This document shows positions 50,617 to 61,842 of a stretch of 64,000 nucleotides of DNA, one piece after another (the stretch's first letter is position 1; each line of letters begins with the position of its first letter). This stretch comes from an uncultured Chloroflexia bacterium. Lineage in GTDB: Bacteria > Chloroflexota > Limnocylindria > Limnocylindrales > CSP1-4. The notes below the pieces were generated by a model. That model was not told the origin of the DNA, did not search any database, and worked only from the letters and a program-made list of their open reading frames with translations. Location of the stretch: positions 1,184,001 through 1,248,000 of the forward strand of contig CAWEYL010000001.1 of the NCBI GenBank assembly GCA_963813335.1, in the 5' to 3' direction. Position numbers and translations under genes: made by a program.

Positions 50617-51930
50617 TCAGCTCGTGACCGGCGCTCCGGTCAGCGCGACGCGCTCGATCAGGTCCGCCGCGCGGACGGTGCCGGAGCCCGACTTGATGCG
50701 CGACGACATCTCCGAGAGGCGGCGCGCGAGCGCGCGGTCGTCGAGCAGCTCGTCGATGGCGTCGGACAGCTCCCCGTCGCGGAAGTCGTAGGTCGCCAGC
50801 CGCCGCCCGAACCCGGTCTCGTCGATGCGCTGGGCGTTGTCGACCTGGTCCCAGAAGAGCGGCAGCACGATCATCGGCTTGCCGTGGTGGAAGGCCTCGG
50901 TGACCGTGTTGTTGCCGCCGTGGGTGATCACGAGGTCGACCTGCGGCAGGATCGCCGGCTGCGGCAGGAACCCCTCCCCCGCCTGGTTGTCGTGGAGCGT
51001 GATCTGGTCGGCGAGGGGGCCCTTCGAGACGATCACGCGATGCTCGGTGGTGGCGAGCAGGTCGACCAGCCGCTGCATCAGCCCGACATCCGCCGACCCG
51101 AGCGAGCCGAGCGACAGGTAGATGAGCGCGCCGTCGCGCTCCCGAAGGTGCGCCGGCAGGTCCCATGTGGTGTCGGCGGCGCGCACGGACGAGTCCACGC
51201 GGTGCCACGTCGGGGTGGGCGGTCGCTCGCGGGCGTAGTCGGCCTCGGCCGGGTAGGCGTAGAGGTTGAGCCACGGCGACTCGGCGGTGAAGTCCGGGCC
51301 GAGCGGGCCATGGGACAGCCCCGGCTCCCCGTGCTCGCGGCAGAAGGCATCGAAGTCGGCCCACATGTCGCCGTGGGTGCGGCGGACCTCCTCGAGGAAG
51401 CGCGGCCAGTCGCGCCGGTCCGCGGCGGGATACCCGGACGAGAACGGCGGCACGGCCGGGTCCTTCAGCTCGGCCGGGTTGCACGACATGATCCGGACCC
51501 ACGGCCGCCCGGACGCGCCGAGCGCCGGGAACGACACGACGTTGTCCTCGACGATCACGTCCGGCCCGAGCTCGTCGAAGATCTCCAGCAGCCGCGGATC
51601 GACGTACTTCGCCCCGTCGATCAGCGCCTGGAAGGTCGGCGCGATGAACTCGCTCAACTGGTCGATGGTCGGCTTGCGGAAGACCGGCGCGGTGTCGCGG
51701 ATGAAGTCGATCCAGAACTGGCCGGGGATCTCGGGCTCGGCCGGCGGCGGCCCGAGGCGCATCAGGCGCTCCTCGAACCCCTTGGCTTCCAGCGTCCCCG
51801 CGAACGACTCCTCGACCACGAACACCACGCGGTGCCCGCGCGACCGCAGCACCTGGCCGATCCCGACGCAGTTGTTGGTCGGTCCGTAGGCGCCTTCGGG
51901 GAAGAAGACGACGGTGCGGGCGTCGGTCAC
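50617..51930 (-). CDS. GT1 family (MGT/UDP-glucuronosyltransferase-like) glycosyltransferase
   Basis: YLSLGS, LPQPAIL..VDLVITHGGNNT, PLFWDQ motifs; GTG start. Confidence 0.9.
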   Translation of the reverse strand: MTDARTVVFFPEGAYGPTNNCVGIGQVLRSRGHRVVFVVEESFAGTLEAKGFEERLMRLGPPPAEPEIPGQFWIDFIRDTAPVFRKPTIDQLSEFIAPTFQALIDGAKYVDPRLLEIFDELGPDVIVEDNVVSFPALGASGRPWVRIMSCNPAELKDPAVPPFSSGYPAADRRDWPRFLEEVRRTHGDMWADFDAFCREHGEPGLSHGPLGPDFTAESPWLNLYAYPAEADYARERPPTPTWHRVDSSVRAADTTWDLPAHLRERDGALIYLSLGSLGSADVGLMQRLVDLLATTEHRVIVSKGPLADQITLHDNQAGEGFLPQPAILPQVDLVITHGGNNTVTEAFHHGKPMIVLPLFWDQVDNAQRIDETGFGRRLATYDFRDGELSDAIDELLDDRALARRLSEMSSRIKSGSGTVRAADLIERVALTGAPVTS

Positions 51931-51946
51931 GCTCGGCGGGATCCGC

Positions 51947-52180
51947 TCAATGGCCTTGCAAGACGGATCGCAGGCGCTCGAATTCGCGGTCGTCGATCTC
52001 GCCCTTGGCGAGTCGGGTCCGAAGTGCATCCATGGCCGGGTCGCGCGGACCATCGGAGGCGGTGCCGTGCAGCGAGCGAGCCAGTCGCACGATGAGTGCG
52101 TAGGCGACGCCAACGACCAGGATCCATACGGCCACGATCGCGACGATGACGAGGATCTCCGGAGCACCCACGTTCGGCAC
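51947..52180 (-). CDS. SHOCT domain small membrane protein
   Basis: TM helix followed by LRTRLAKGEIDDREFERLR; GGAGGGG SD. Confidence 0.85.
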   Translation of the reverse strand: MPNVGAPEILVIVAIVAVWILVVGVAYALIVRLARSLHGTASDGPRDPAMDALRTRLAKGEIDDREFERLRSVLQGH

Positions 52181-52228
52181 AGGACCCCTCCACGAATGCG
52201 GCGATGTGCCCATCGAGAGAGTAGCGCC

Positions 52229-52990
52229 CTAGCGGCCCAGCGCAAGGGCGACGACCAGGATCGCGGCCGACCCGATGGCCATCACCGCGTCCAGCCACGT
52301 CCAGCGCAGGACCCGGTACGACGTCCGTCGACCCGACCCGAACGCCCGGGCGTCCATCGCGAGGGCGAGCCGGTCGCCATGCCGGATGGCGAGGACGAGG
52401 ACGCCGACCAGCAGGCGCGGGTGCCAGCTCCCGCGGAGGCCCCGGATCCGCCGCGCGGCGCGCAGCGTCGTGAGGTCCTCCGCGAACCGCGGGATCGCCT
52501 GGTACGCGGCGAGCGCCCCGTACGCGAAGCGCGGCGAGACGCCAGCCTGCCCGGTGAGCGAGTCAGCGAGCCGAGTCGGGTCGGTGGTCAGCGTGAAGAC
52601 CGCGCCCACACAGGCGAGGGCCACCACCCGCAGCGCCAAGGCCGCGCCCGTGACGACGGCTTCGACGGTGATCCGCACCGGACCGATCTCGAAAAGTGGC
52701 GACGCCGCGGGATCGCCGTTCGACATGGAGAAGACGGCGTTCGAGATCCCGATCCCGATCGCCGCTACCCACAGCGGCGCCAGGGCGCGGGCCAGGGTGC
52801 GCGGCGCGATCGCGCCGATCGTCAGCCCGGCGGTGACGGCCACCGCCGTCAGGGCCAGTGGCGGTGCGAACCGCTCGGTGAACGCCAGCCCGACCAGCCA
52901 GACCAGGGCGATGGCGAGCTTGACGACGGGACTCGTCCGCCCGAGCAAGCTGTCGAGCTGGGCGTCGATGGGCTCGAGTCGCGCGATCAC
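52229..52990 (-). CDS. ykoC: ECF transporter transmembrane (T) component
   Basis: TTDP, ARRIRG and AMDARAF (two Ala-Arg-Gly-type motifs). Confidence 0.88.
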   Translation of the reverse strand: MIARLEPIDAQLDSLLGRTSPVVKLAIALVWLVGLAFTERFAPPLALTAVAVTAGLTIGAIAPRTLARALAPLWVAAIGIGISNAVFSMSNGDPAASPLFEIGPVRITVEAVVTGAALALRVVALACVGAVFTLTTDPTRLADSLTGQAGVSPRFAYGALAAYQAIPRFAEDLTTLRAARRIRGLRGSWHPRLLVGVLVLAIRHGDRLALAMDARAFGSGRRTSYRVLRWTWLDAVMAIGSAAILVVALALGR

Positions 52991-54480
52991 GGCACTGGCG
53001 CGTCGCGCACGATCCGGCCCTCGTCGAGCTCGATGACCCGGCCGGCGACATCGCGGACGAACCGCTCGTCGTGGGTCGCCGCGATCAGGCAGGCGCCAGC
53101 GTCCAGCCGCTCCCCCAGGATCGCGAGCAGCCCGGCATAGCCGGCGCGATCCTGCCCGAACGTCGGCTCATCGAGGACCAGGAGCCGCGGCTCGCGCACG
53201 AGCGCGCACGCCAGCGACAGCCGCCGCTGCTCACCCCCGGACAGCCGGTACGGGCTCCGGGCGCCGAACGCCTCGAGCGGCAGGCCCAGCTGGGCCATCA
53301 GCGGCGCGACGCGTCCGGTCTCGGCGGGCTGCAGCCCGAGCGTCACCTCGTCGTCCACCCGCTGCGCCAGGAACTGGCGTTCCGGCTCCTGGAAGACATA
53401 GGCGGCGCGGCGCGCAAGATCGGCTGCCGACAGCCGCGCTGGGTCGTCGCCAAGGAGGCGGATGGTCCCGACGTCCGGTCGCCGGAGCCCGACCAGCAAC
53501 TGCCCGAGCGTCGACTTGCCGCTGCCGTTCCGCCCGACCAGCGCGACCCGCTCGCCGGCGGCGACCGTGACCGACGCTCCGTGCAGGACGGGGACGCGCC
53601 GGTCGAAGCCGAAGGTCACGCCGTCGGCCGACACGACGACGTCGTCGCCGGATGCGCGACCCGGCGGCAGGATGGTCGCGCCCGGATCCGGCCCGAGCGC
53701 CGCCTCGACCGACGCCGGCAGCCAGATCCCGGCGGCGCGCATCCGCTCGCCCGACCGCCCTGCGACGGCATCGGGCGGCCCGACATCGATGGTGCTCCCA
53801 TCGCGGTCGAGGGCGATGACGAGGTCCGCCAGCGGCCAGGCGACGTCGACGCGGTGCTCGATCAGGACGATGCTGGTCCGCCGCGCGTCGCGGATCCGCC
53901 GGAGCCAGCGGATCAGGGCGTTGGCCCCGTCGGGGTCGAGGTTGGCGGTCGGCTCGTCCAGGACGAGGAGGCCCGGGTCGGCCGCGAGCACGCCGGCCAG
54001 CGCCAGTCGCTGTTGCTGGCCACCGGAGAGCGTCCTCGACCGACGGCGGCCCATGCCACTGAGCCCGACCGCGGCGAGCGAGGTATCGACCGCCGCGCCC
54101 ATCGACGCGCGGGGCCACGCCCGGTTCTCGAGCCCGAACGCCACGTCGTCCTCGACCCGGTCCATCACCAGCTGCGAGGCCGGATCCTGGAAGACGAGAC
54201 CGACCCTGGCAGCCACGGCGCGGCCATCCGTCTCGCGCATCGCGCGGCCGTCGAGGTCGAGCCGGCCGTCGATGGTCGAGGGGATCTCGCGCGGGATCAG
54301 CCCGGCGAGGGCCAGGGCGAGCGTGCTCTTCCCCGAGCCGGACGGGCCGACCACCAGCATCGTCCGGCCCGGGGCGAGCTCGAAGGACAGGTCCCGGACA
54401 GCCGGGCGATCGTTGCCTCGATGGCTGATCGTCACCCCACGCGCGACGACGCTCGCCGGGTAGGTCGAGGTCAGGCTCAG
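52987..54480 (-). CDS. ykoD: ECF transporter duplicated ATPase; probable CTG start
   Basis: Two ABC domains (GPSGSGKS/LSGGQQQR/DEP and GRNGSGKS/LSGGEQRR/DEPTFGQD). Confidence 0.9.
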   Translation of the reverse strand: MSLTSTYPASVVARGVTISHRGNDRPAVRDLSFELAPGRTMLVVGPSGSGKSTLALALAGLIPREIPSTIDGRLDLDGRAMRETDGRAVAARVGLVFQDPASQLVMDRVEDDVAFGLENRAWPRASMGAAVDTSLAAVGLSGMGRRRSRTLSGGQQQRLALAGVLAADPGLLVLDEPTANLDPDGANALIRWLRRIRDARRTSIVLIEHRVDVAWPLADLVIALDRDGSTIDVGPPDAVAGRSGERMRAAGIWLPASVEAALGPDPGATILPPGRASGDDVVVSADGVTFGFDRRVPVLHGASVTVAAGERVALVGRNGSGKSTLGQLLVGLRRPDVGTIRLLGDDPARLSAADLARRAAYVFQEPERQFLAQRVDDEVTLGLQPAETGRVAPLMAQLGLPLEAFGARSPYRLSGGEQRRLSLACALVREPRLLVLDEPTFGQDRAGYAGLLAILGERLDAGACLIAATHDERFVRDVAGRVIELDEGRIVRDAPVP

Positions 54481-55073
54481 TCGGGGAACCCTTCCAGCAC
54501 GCCGGCACGCTTCAAGGCCCGATGCAGGACCACCGACCCACCGGCGACGAAGATCACCGCGGAGATCGCCATGAAGATGCCCCGCACGATCTGGTAGCCG
54601 GGGTCGATGTCCGGGTAGTACAGCGCCCAGTCGTGGATCCACGCGGCGGCGGCACTCGCGACCGCGGCGATGGCCAGGATCGGGAACGACCAGACCCGAT
54701 AGAGGGTGAAGGCGAAGACCAGCTCGGCGGCAGCCCCCTGCACGAACCCGGAGAGCAGCGTGTCCACGCCCCAGATGCTGCCGAGCAGCGCCGACACGCC
54801 GGCGGCGACCATCTCGCCGAAGAGCGCCGCCCCGGGCTTGCGCACGACGAGCGGCACGAGGACCGCCGGGATCAGCCAGATCGCGTAGCCCAGGTCGCGG
54901 ATCGGCAGCGCGAGCGTGGAGAGCGGCTTGAGCGGCCCGTCCCAGACGAGGCTCCACGCCCAGAAGACGACGCCGAAGGCAACGCCGATGACCGCCGCGA
55001 CGACGATGTCGCGGGTCCGCCAGCGGGTATCGGGAAGGGCCGCCGGCGCGGACGACCCGTATGCGGTGGTCAT
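54477..55073 (-). CDS. ykoE: ECF transporter S component, thiamine/HMP (YkoE family)
   Basis: WRTRDIVV, RKPGAALFGE, QGAAAE motifs; lies downstream of a TPP riboswitch. Confidence 0.9.
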   Translation of the reverse strand: MTTAYGSSAPAALPDTRWRTRDIVVAAVIGVAFGVVFWAWSLVWDGPLKPLSTLALPIRDLGYAIWLIPAVLVPLVVRKPGAALFGEMVAAGVSALLGSIWGVDTLLSGFVQGAAAELVFAFTLYRVWSFPILAIAAVASAAAAWIHDWALYYPDIDPGYQIVRGIFMAISAVIFVAGGSVVLHRALKRAGVLEGFPD

Positions 55074-55149
55074 CTGGTCAGATCCTCCGATCTCGAACGT
55101 GCAGGACGCCGCCTCCGGGTGCCGGGGACGGCGTCGTCGATGACGTTCG

Positions 55150-55245
55150 GCCTGCTTCCTTCGCCGGTACGAGCCGGATCAGGTTCGGCGGGTCTGCGGC
55201 GGTAGCCGCACTCTCAGCGCATCAGCGCTCCCCGGAGGCGTATTC
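55150..55245 (-). ncRNA. TPP riboswitch
   Basis: GGGGAGCGC…GCTGAGAG…GACCC…GAACCTGATCCGG…TACCGGCGAAGGAAG matches the THI-box consensus. Confidence 0.95.
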
Positions 55246-55274
55246 GGTTGGCGGCACCGTACCACGGCGGCCGA

Positions 55275-55649
55275 CTACTCGACGACGTGGCCTGCCGCGG
55301 TGAGGGCCTCCACGGCCGCAGCGAGATCGGGTTCGTGGACCAGCACGTAGTCCGTGTCGTAGGTCGAGATCGCGAAGATGGCGATCCCCGCGTCGCGGAG
55401 TGGGTCCGCGATGGCGGCGACCACGCCGATCAGCGTCATGACCAGCGGTCCCTGGACCTTGAACGCGCGCCACGGGCCCTCCTGGGGCAGGTCGGCGGGC
55501 ACGGCGTCGGACCCGCACACGATCGAGAGCTCGTCCGCTGTGCGGGTGATCGAGCTGAACCCGCCGGCTCCCGCGGCCCAGGCCGGGAGGTCGCTGCCGG
55601 CCGGCAGCCGGCAGACGGCCAGTCGCGACTCGATGACGGTCAGGCGCAC
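55275..55649 (-). CDS. ACT domain protein (ACT_7/CASTOR-like)
   Basis: FSSITRTADELSIVC, WRAFKVQGPL, IFAISTYDTDYVLV. Confidence 0.9.
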   Translation of the reverse strand: MRLTVIESRLAVCRLPAGSDLPAWAAGAGGFSSITRTADELSIVCGSDAVPADLPQEGPWRAFKVQGPLVMTLIGVVAAIADPLRDAGIAIFAISTYDTDYVLVHEPDLAAAVEALTAAGHVVE

Positions 55650-56492
55650 CTTGACCGGATCCAGGCGATGACCTCCTCGATGATCGCGGGACCCTCGGGC
55701 TCGTTCTGGAGCTCGTGGCGAAGGTCCGGGTACGTCCGCCGCTCGACGCCGGGCACCGTCGCGAGGATGGCGGACGCCTCCGTCGGGACCAGGCGGTCGG
55801 CCTCGCCGTGGAGCACCAGGGCCGGGATGCCGAAACCACCACTCACGGCCGCGAGCACGCGCTCCTGCTCCTTGAACGCCGCCACGGCCATCCGAGCCGT
55901 GCTCGACTTGACGCAGGAGCGGGTCGTCGACGGTCTTCGCCCCGACCGACGGGTCGCGCGACAGCGTCTCGCCCTTGATGTCGTTCGGTATGTCGAAGGT
56001 AGGCCTCACCCTGGCGATCAGCGCGGCCAGCGAGCGCTTCCAGACCGGGACCGCCGAGCCGAGCGCCGGCGCGGTCAGGACCGCGAGATCCGGCTTCGGG
56101 CGGTCGGTCAGGAGATACCCGCTGCAGATCAGCCCACCGAGCGAATGGCCGTACAGGACCACCGGCCGCCCGTGAGCGGCGGCCCGCACCGCCGCCAGGC
56201 GCTCCGCGAGGTCGTCGTGGAACTGGGACCAGCGCTCGACGTCGCCGCGCCGCCCGCCGGAGCCGCCCATGCCGCGGTGGTCGTACGCCCACGTCTCGAG
56301 GCCCGCACCGCTCAGCTGGTCGCCGACGTGCTCGTAGCGTCCCGAGTGCTCGCCCAGTCCGTGGACGAGCAGCACCGAGCCCCACGGCGCGCCCGCCCAG
56401 GCGCCCCCGGCCTCGGCTTCATCGGCCGGCCAGTGCCGGACGAGGAGGTCCGTGCCGTCGGCGGCGGTGGCGTGGCTGACGATGGACGGCAT
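55640..56492 (-). CDS. Lysophospholipase / monoglyceride lipase (alpha/beta hydrolase); one frameshift near 55917
   Basis: VHGLGEHSGRY, DHRGMG, GHSLGG, HGEADRLV, HELQNEP. Confidence 0.88.
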
Positions 56493-56550
56493 CGGCGCAG
56501 CGTACGCGACCGAGGAGGCCGCGATGGGACGCGGACGCTAGCATCGGGGC

Positions 56551-57383
56551 GTGGACGTCGCGGCTGGCTGGGTCGAGATCGGCGATCGCGTGTTCGTGCG
56601 CCGCTACGCGTTCTACGACCAGAACATCGGGGTGATCCTCGGGCGCGGCGAGGCGCTCGTCATCGACACGCGCTCGACCCACGTGCAGGCGCGCGAGATC
56701 CTCGACGACCTGCGCCAGCTGACACGCGACCCGGTCACGGTCGTCGTGGACACGCACGGCCACTTCGACCACGCCTACGGCAACCGGGTCTTCCGGCCTG
56801 CGGTGATCTGGGGCCATGAGCGCTGTGTGACATTCATGGAGCGGACCGGGGAGCAGCGCCGCGCGAACATCGCCCGCGAGGAGCCGTCCCTCGCCGCCGA
56901 CCTCCAGGAGGTCGTCATCGACCCGCCCGACCGGACGTTCGCGGAGCGCGCCACGATCGAGGTCGGCGGTCGAGCCGTCGAGCTGTCATTCCTCGGCCGC
57001 GGCCACACCGACCATGACATCGTCATCGATGTGCCGGGCGCGGACGTCCTGTTCGCCGGCGACCTCATCGAGCAGGGCAACGTCCCATTCTTCGGCGATG
57101 GGTACCCACTCGACTGGCCCGCGACGGCCGACGCGCTGGTCCCGCTCGTCAGCGGGGTCGTGGTCCCGGGCCACGGCGACCACGCCGGCCGGGCATTCGC
57201 GGTGTCGCAAGCCGCGTCGCTCAGGGCCCTCGTGGAGCTGGCGCGCCGAGTCCAGGACGGCTCGATGACGCTCGACGAGGCGATCGCCGCGCATCCCGTT
57301 CCCGGACCTGCCGCCCGGCCGACGCCCGGGACGGATTCACGCGGGCGCTGGCGCAGCTCCGGAGCGAGCTCGACCCGGCCTAG
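56551..57383 (+). CDS. Metallo-beta-lactamase fold hydrolase; apparent frameshift near 57310
   Basis: THGHFDH, GHT, FAGD, VPGHG motifs; C-terminus RALAQLRSELDPA* in the shifted frame. Confidence 0.87.
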
Positions 57384-58395
57384 TCGGCGATCCGCACGAT
57401 CCAGCGGCCGCGGGCCTCGCCGGCGACGATCGCGTCGAGCGCCGGGTCCAGCGTCTCGAGCGTGACTTCCTGGCAGTGCACGCCGAGGTCGCGCGGGCGG
57501 AGGTCGGTCGCGAGGCGGTCCCAGATCCGGCGGCGCCGGTCGATGGCCATGTTCACCGAGTCCATCCCGAGCAGGGCCACGCCGCGGAGGATGAACGGGA
57601 AGACCGTCGTCGCGAGCGCCGGGCCCGCCGGCGTTGCCGCTGGCCGCCACGGCCCCGCCGATGCGCAGGGTTCGCAGCACGTATGGCAGCGTCGCGCCGC
57701 CGACCGCGTCGACGGCCCCGGCCCAGCGCTCCGATTCGAGCGGCTTGCCCTCGGCGGTCACCTCGTCCCGTGTCAGGATCCCGGCCGCGCCAACGGCCGT
57801 GAGCCGCGCCGCCTCGTCGGGCTTGCCGGTGGCCGCCCAGACCTCGTAGCCACGCTCGGCCAGGATCGCCAGCGCGGTGCCGCCCACGCCGCCGCTGGCG
57901 CCGGTCACGAGGACCGGCCCGCCCGCTGGCGTCAGGCCGCGCTCCTCGAGGGCCACCACGGACATCGCCGCGGTGAACCCCGCGGTCCCGATGCTCATCG
58001 CGTCGCGCGACGACAGGCCGGCGGCCAGCGGCACGACCCAGCCGGCCGGCACCCGCTGGTACGGCGTGTACCCGCCGTGGCGCGACACGCCGATGTCGTA
58101 GCCGTGCGCGAGCACCTTCGACCCCACGGCGATCGAGGGGTCCTCGCTCAGCGATCACCTCGCCGGCCAGGTCGATGCCCGGGATGAGCGGGCTGATCCG
58201 CGCGACCTTGCCGTCGACCCGGGTGGCCAGGCCGTCCTTGTAGTTGACGCTCGACCATTCGACGCGGACCTCCACCTCGCCGGGCGGCAGGTCGGATCCG
58301 CGCACGTCGCGCACGCCGCGGTCGACGGCCGCCGTGCCGTCGCGGTCCACCTTCTCGGCGACGTAGGCGCGGAAGGTGGCGGGGATGGCGGTCAT
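57380..58395 (-). CDS. acuI: YhdH/AcuI family MDR oxidoreductase (acryloyl-CoA reductase-like); two apparent frameshifts
   Basis: SSVNYKDGLA, IPGIDLAG, IGTAGFTA, VTGASGGVG, PFILRGVALLG; breaks near 58148 and 57625. Confidence 0.85.
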
Positions 58396-58456
58396 GCCCC
58401 GAATCGTAGTCGCCCGGCGCGCCGCGGGCGCCACCGTTGCGTTTCGGTCGCGAACG

Positions 58457-58486
58457 TTGACGGGCGATGGTTGCGGCGCGCACTAT
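58457..58486 (+). promoter_or_regulatory. Sigma70-type promoter of the met leader
   Basis: TTGACG (58457-62), 18-nt spacer, CACTAT (58481-86). Confidence 0.5.
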
Positions 58487-58495
58487 CGGCCGGTC

Positions 58496-58561
58496 ATGAG
58501 CACCTTCGTCCGATCGAACATGTGTATGCGCAGGCGGCCCCGCCGAAAGGCATGGGTCTGA
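58496..58561 (+). CDS. Putative 21-aa attenuator leader peptide MSTFVRSNMCMRRRPRRKAWV
   Basis: sORF with consecutive ATG-TGT-ATG codons upstream of metY-metX, followed by an intrinsic terminator. Confidence 0.55.
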   Translation: MSTFVRSNMCMRRRPRRKAWV

Positions 58562-58584
58562 GATCCCGCGCACGTTCGACATGA

Positions 58585-61079
<2,495 letters not shown>

Positions 61080-61245
61080 CCGCGGCCTCCGGCCCGATCG
61101 CCCGAGGGCCGCTTGTCATGTAGCCGACACTTGGTCGTGGGAGCGAAACATCCCTGACCATCAGGCGTCCCCTCGTGTGTCGCGCCGCTCGGCCGACGAC
61201 CGTCACGAGGGCCAAGGGATGCTGGGGTCCGCGAATCCGCAATGA

Positions 61246-61842
61246 ATGGCACGGTCAGGCGTCCTATCGATCGTGAACGCACTCGTGCTCAGCATGGATG
61301 ACCTCGAGGTCCTGCCGGCCACCATGGCCATGTCCACCCCTCGAAGCAACGAGATCGTCGGGGCGATCTACGACGACCACCAGCGCGAGCTGTACTCCTT
61401 CGCGCTGCACGCGTGCCGCGATCGCGATGCGGCCGAGGACCTCGTCCAAGAGTCATTCGTCCGGCTGATGATCGAGGTCGATGCCGGGCGGATGCCCACC
61501 AACGTCCGGGCGTGGCTCTATCGGGTCGTCGCCAACCTCGCCGTCTCGCGTGGCCGTCGGGCGACCGTGGCCAGGCGCGGGCTCCACGCGGTGGCAGAAC
61601 ACGAGGAGGACCAGGGCCCGGAGCCCACCTACCTCGATGGCGAACGTCGCTCGGACCTGGAGACCGTGCTCGGCGAGCTCGCTGCCGACGCCCGCACCGC
61701 CCTGCTGATGGCCGCAAGCGGTTTCAGCGGACTCGAGATCGCCGAGGCGATCGGGCGGAGTCCGAACGCCACGCGGACCCTGATGTGTCGCGCCCGGATC
61801 CAGCTCCGCGAGCGACTGATCTCGATGGAGGCGAGCGCATGA
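61246..61842 (+). CDS. ECF RNA polymerase sigma factor (start codon uncertain)
   Basis: Region 2 AEDLVQESF…AWLYRVVANL; region 4 GFSGLEIAEAIG…TRTLMCRAR. Confidence 0.93.
   Translation: MARSGVLSIVNALVLSMDDLEVLPATMAMSTPRSNEIVGAIYDDHQRELYSFALHACRDRDAAEDLVQESFVRLMIEVDAGRMPTNVRAWLYRVVANLAVSRGRRATVARRGLHAVAEHEEDQGPEPTYLDGERRSDLETVLGELAADARTALLMAASGFSGLEIAEAIGRSPNATRTLMCRARIQLRERLISMEASA

Noticed and set aside
55275-56492. Apparent lysophospholipase-ACT fusion (405 aa)
   Set aside because: Indel near 55917. The hydrolase C-terminus with its catalytic Asp/His lies in the 55640-55891 frame.
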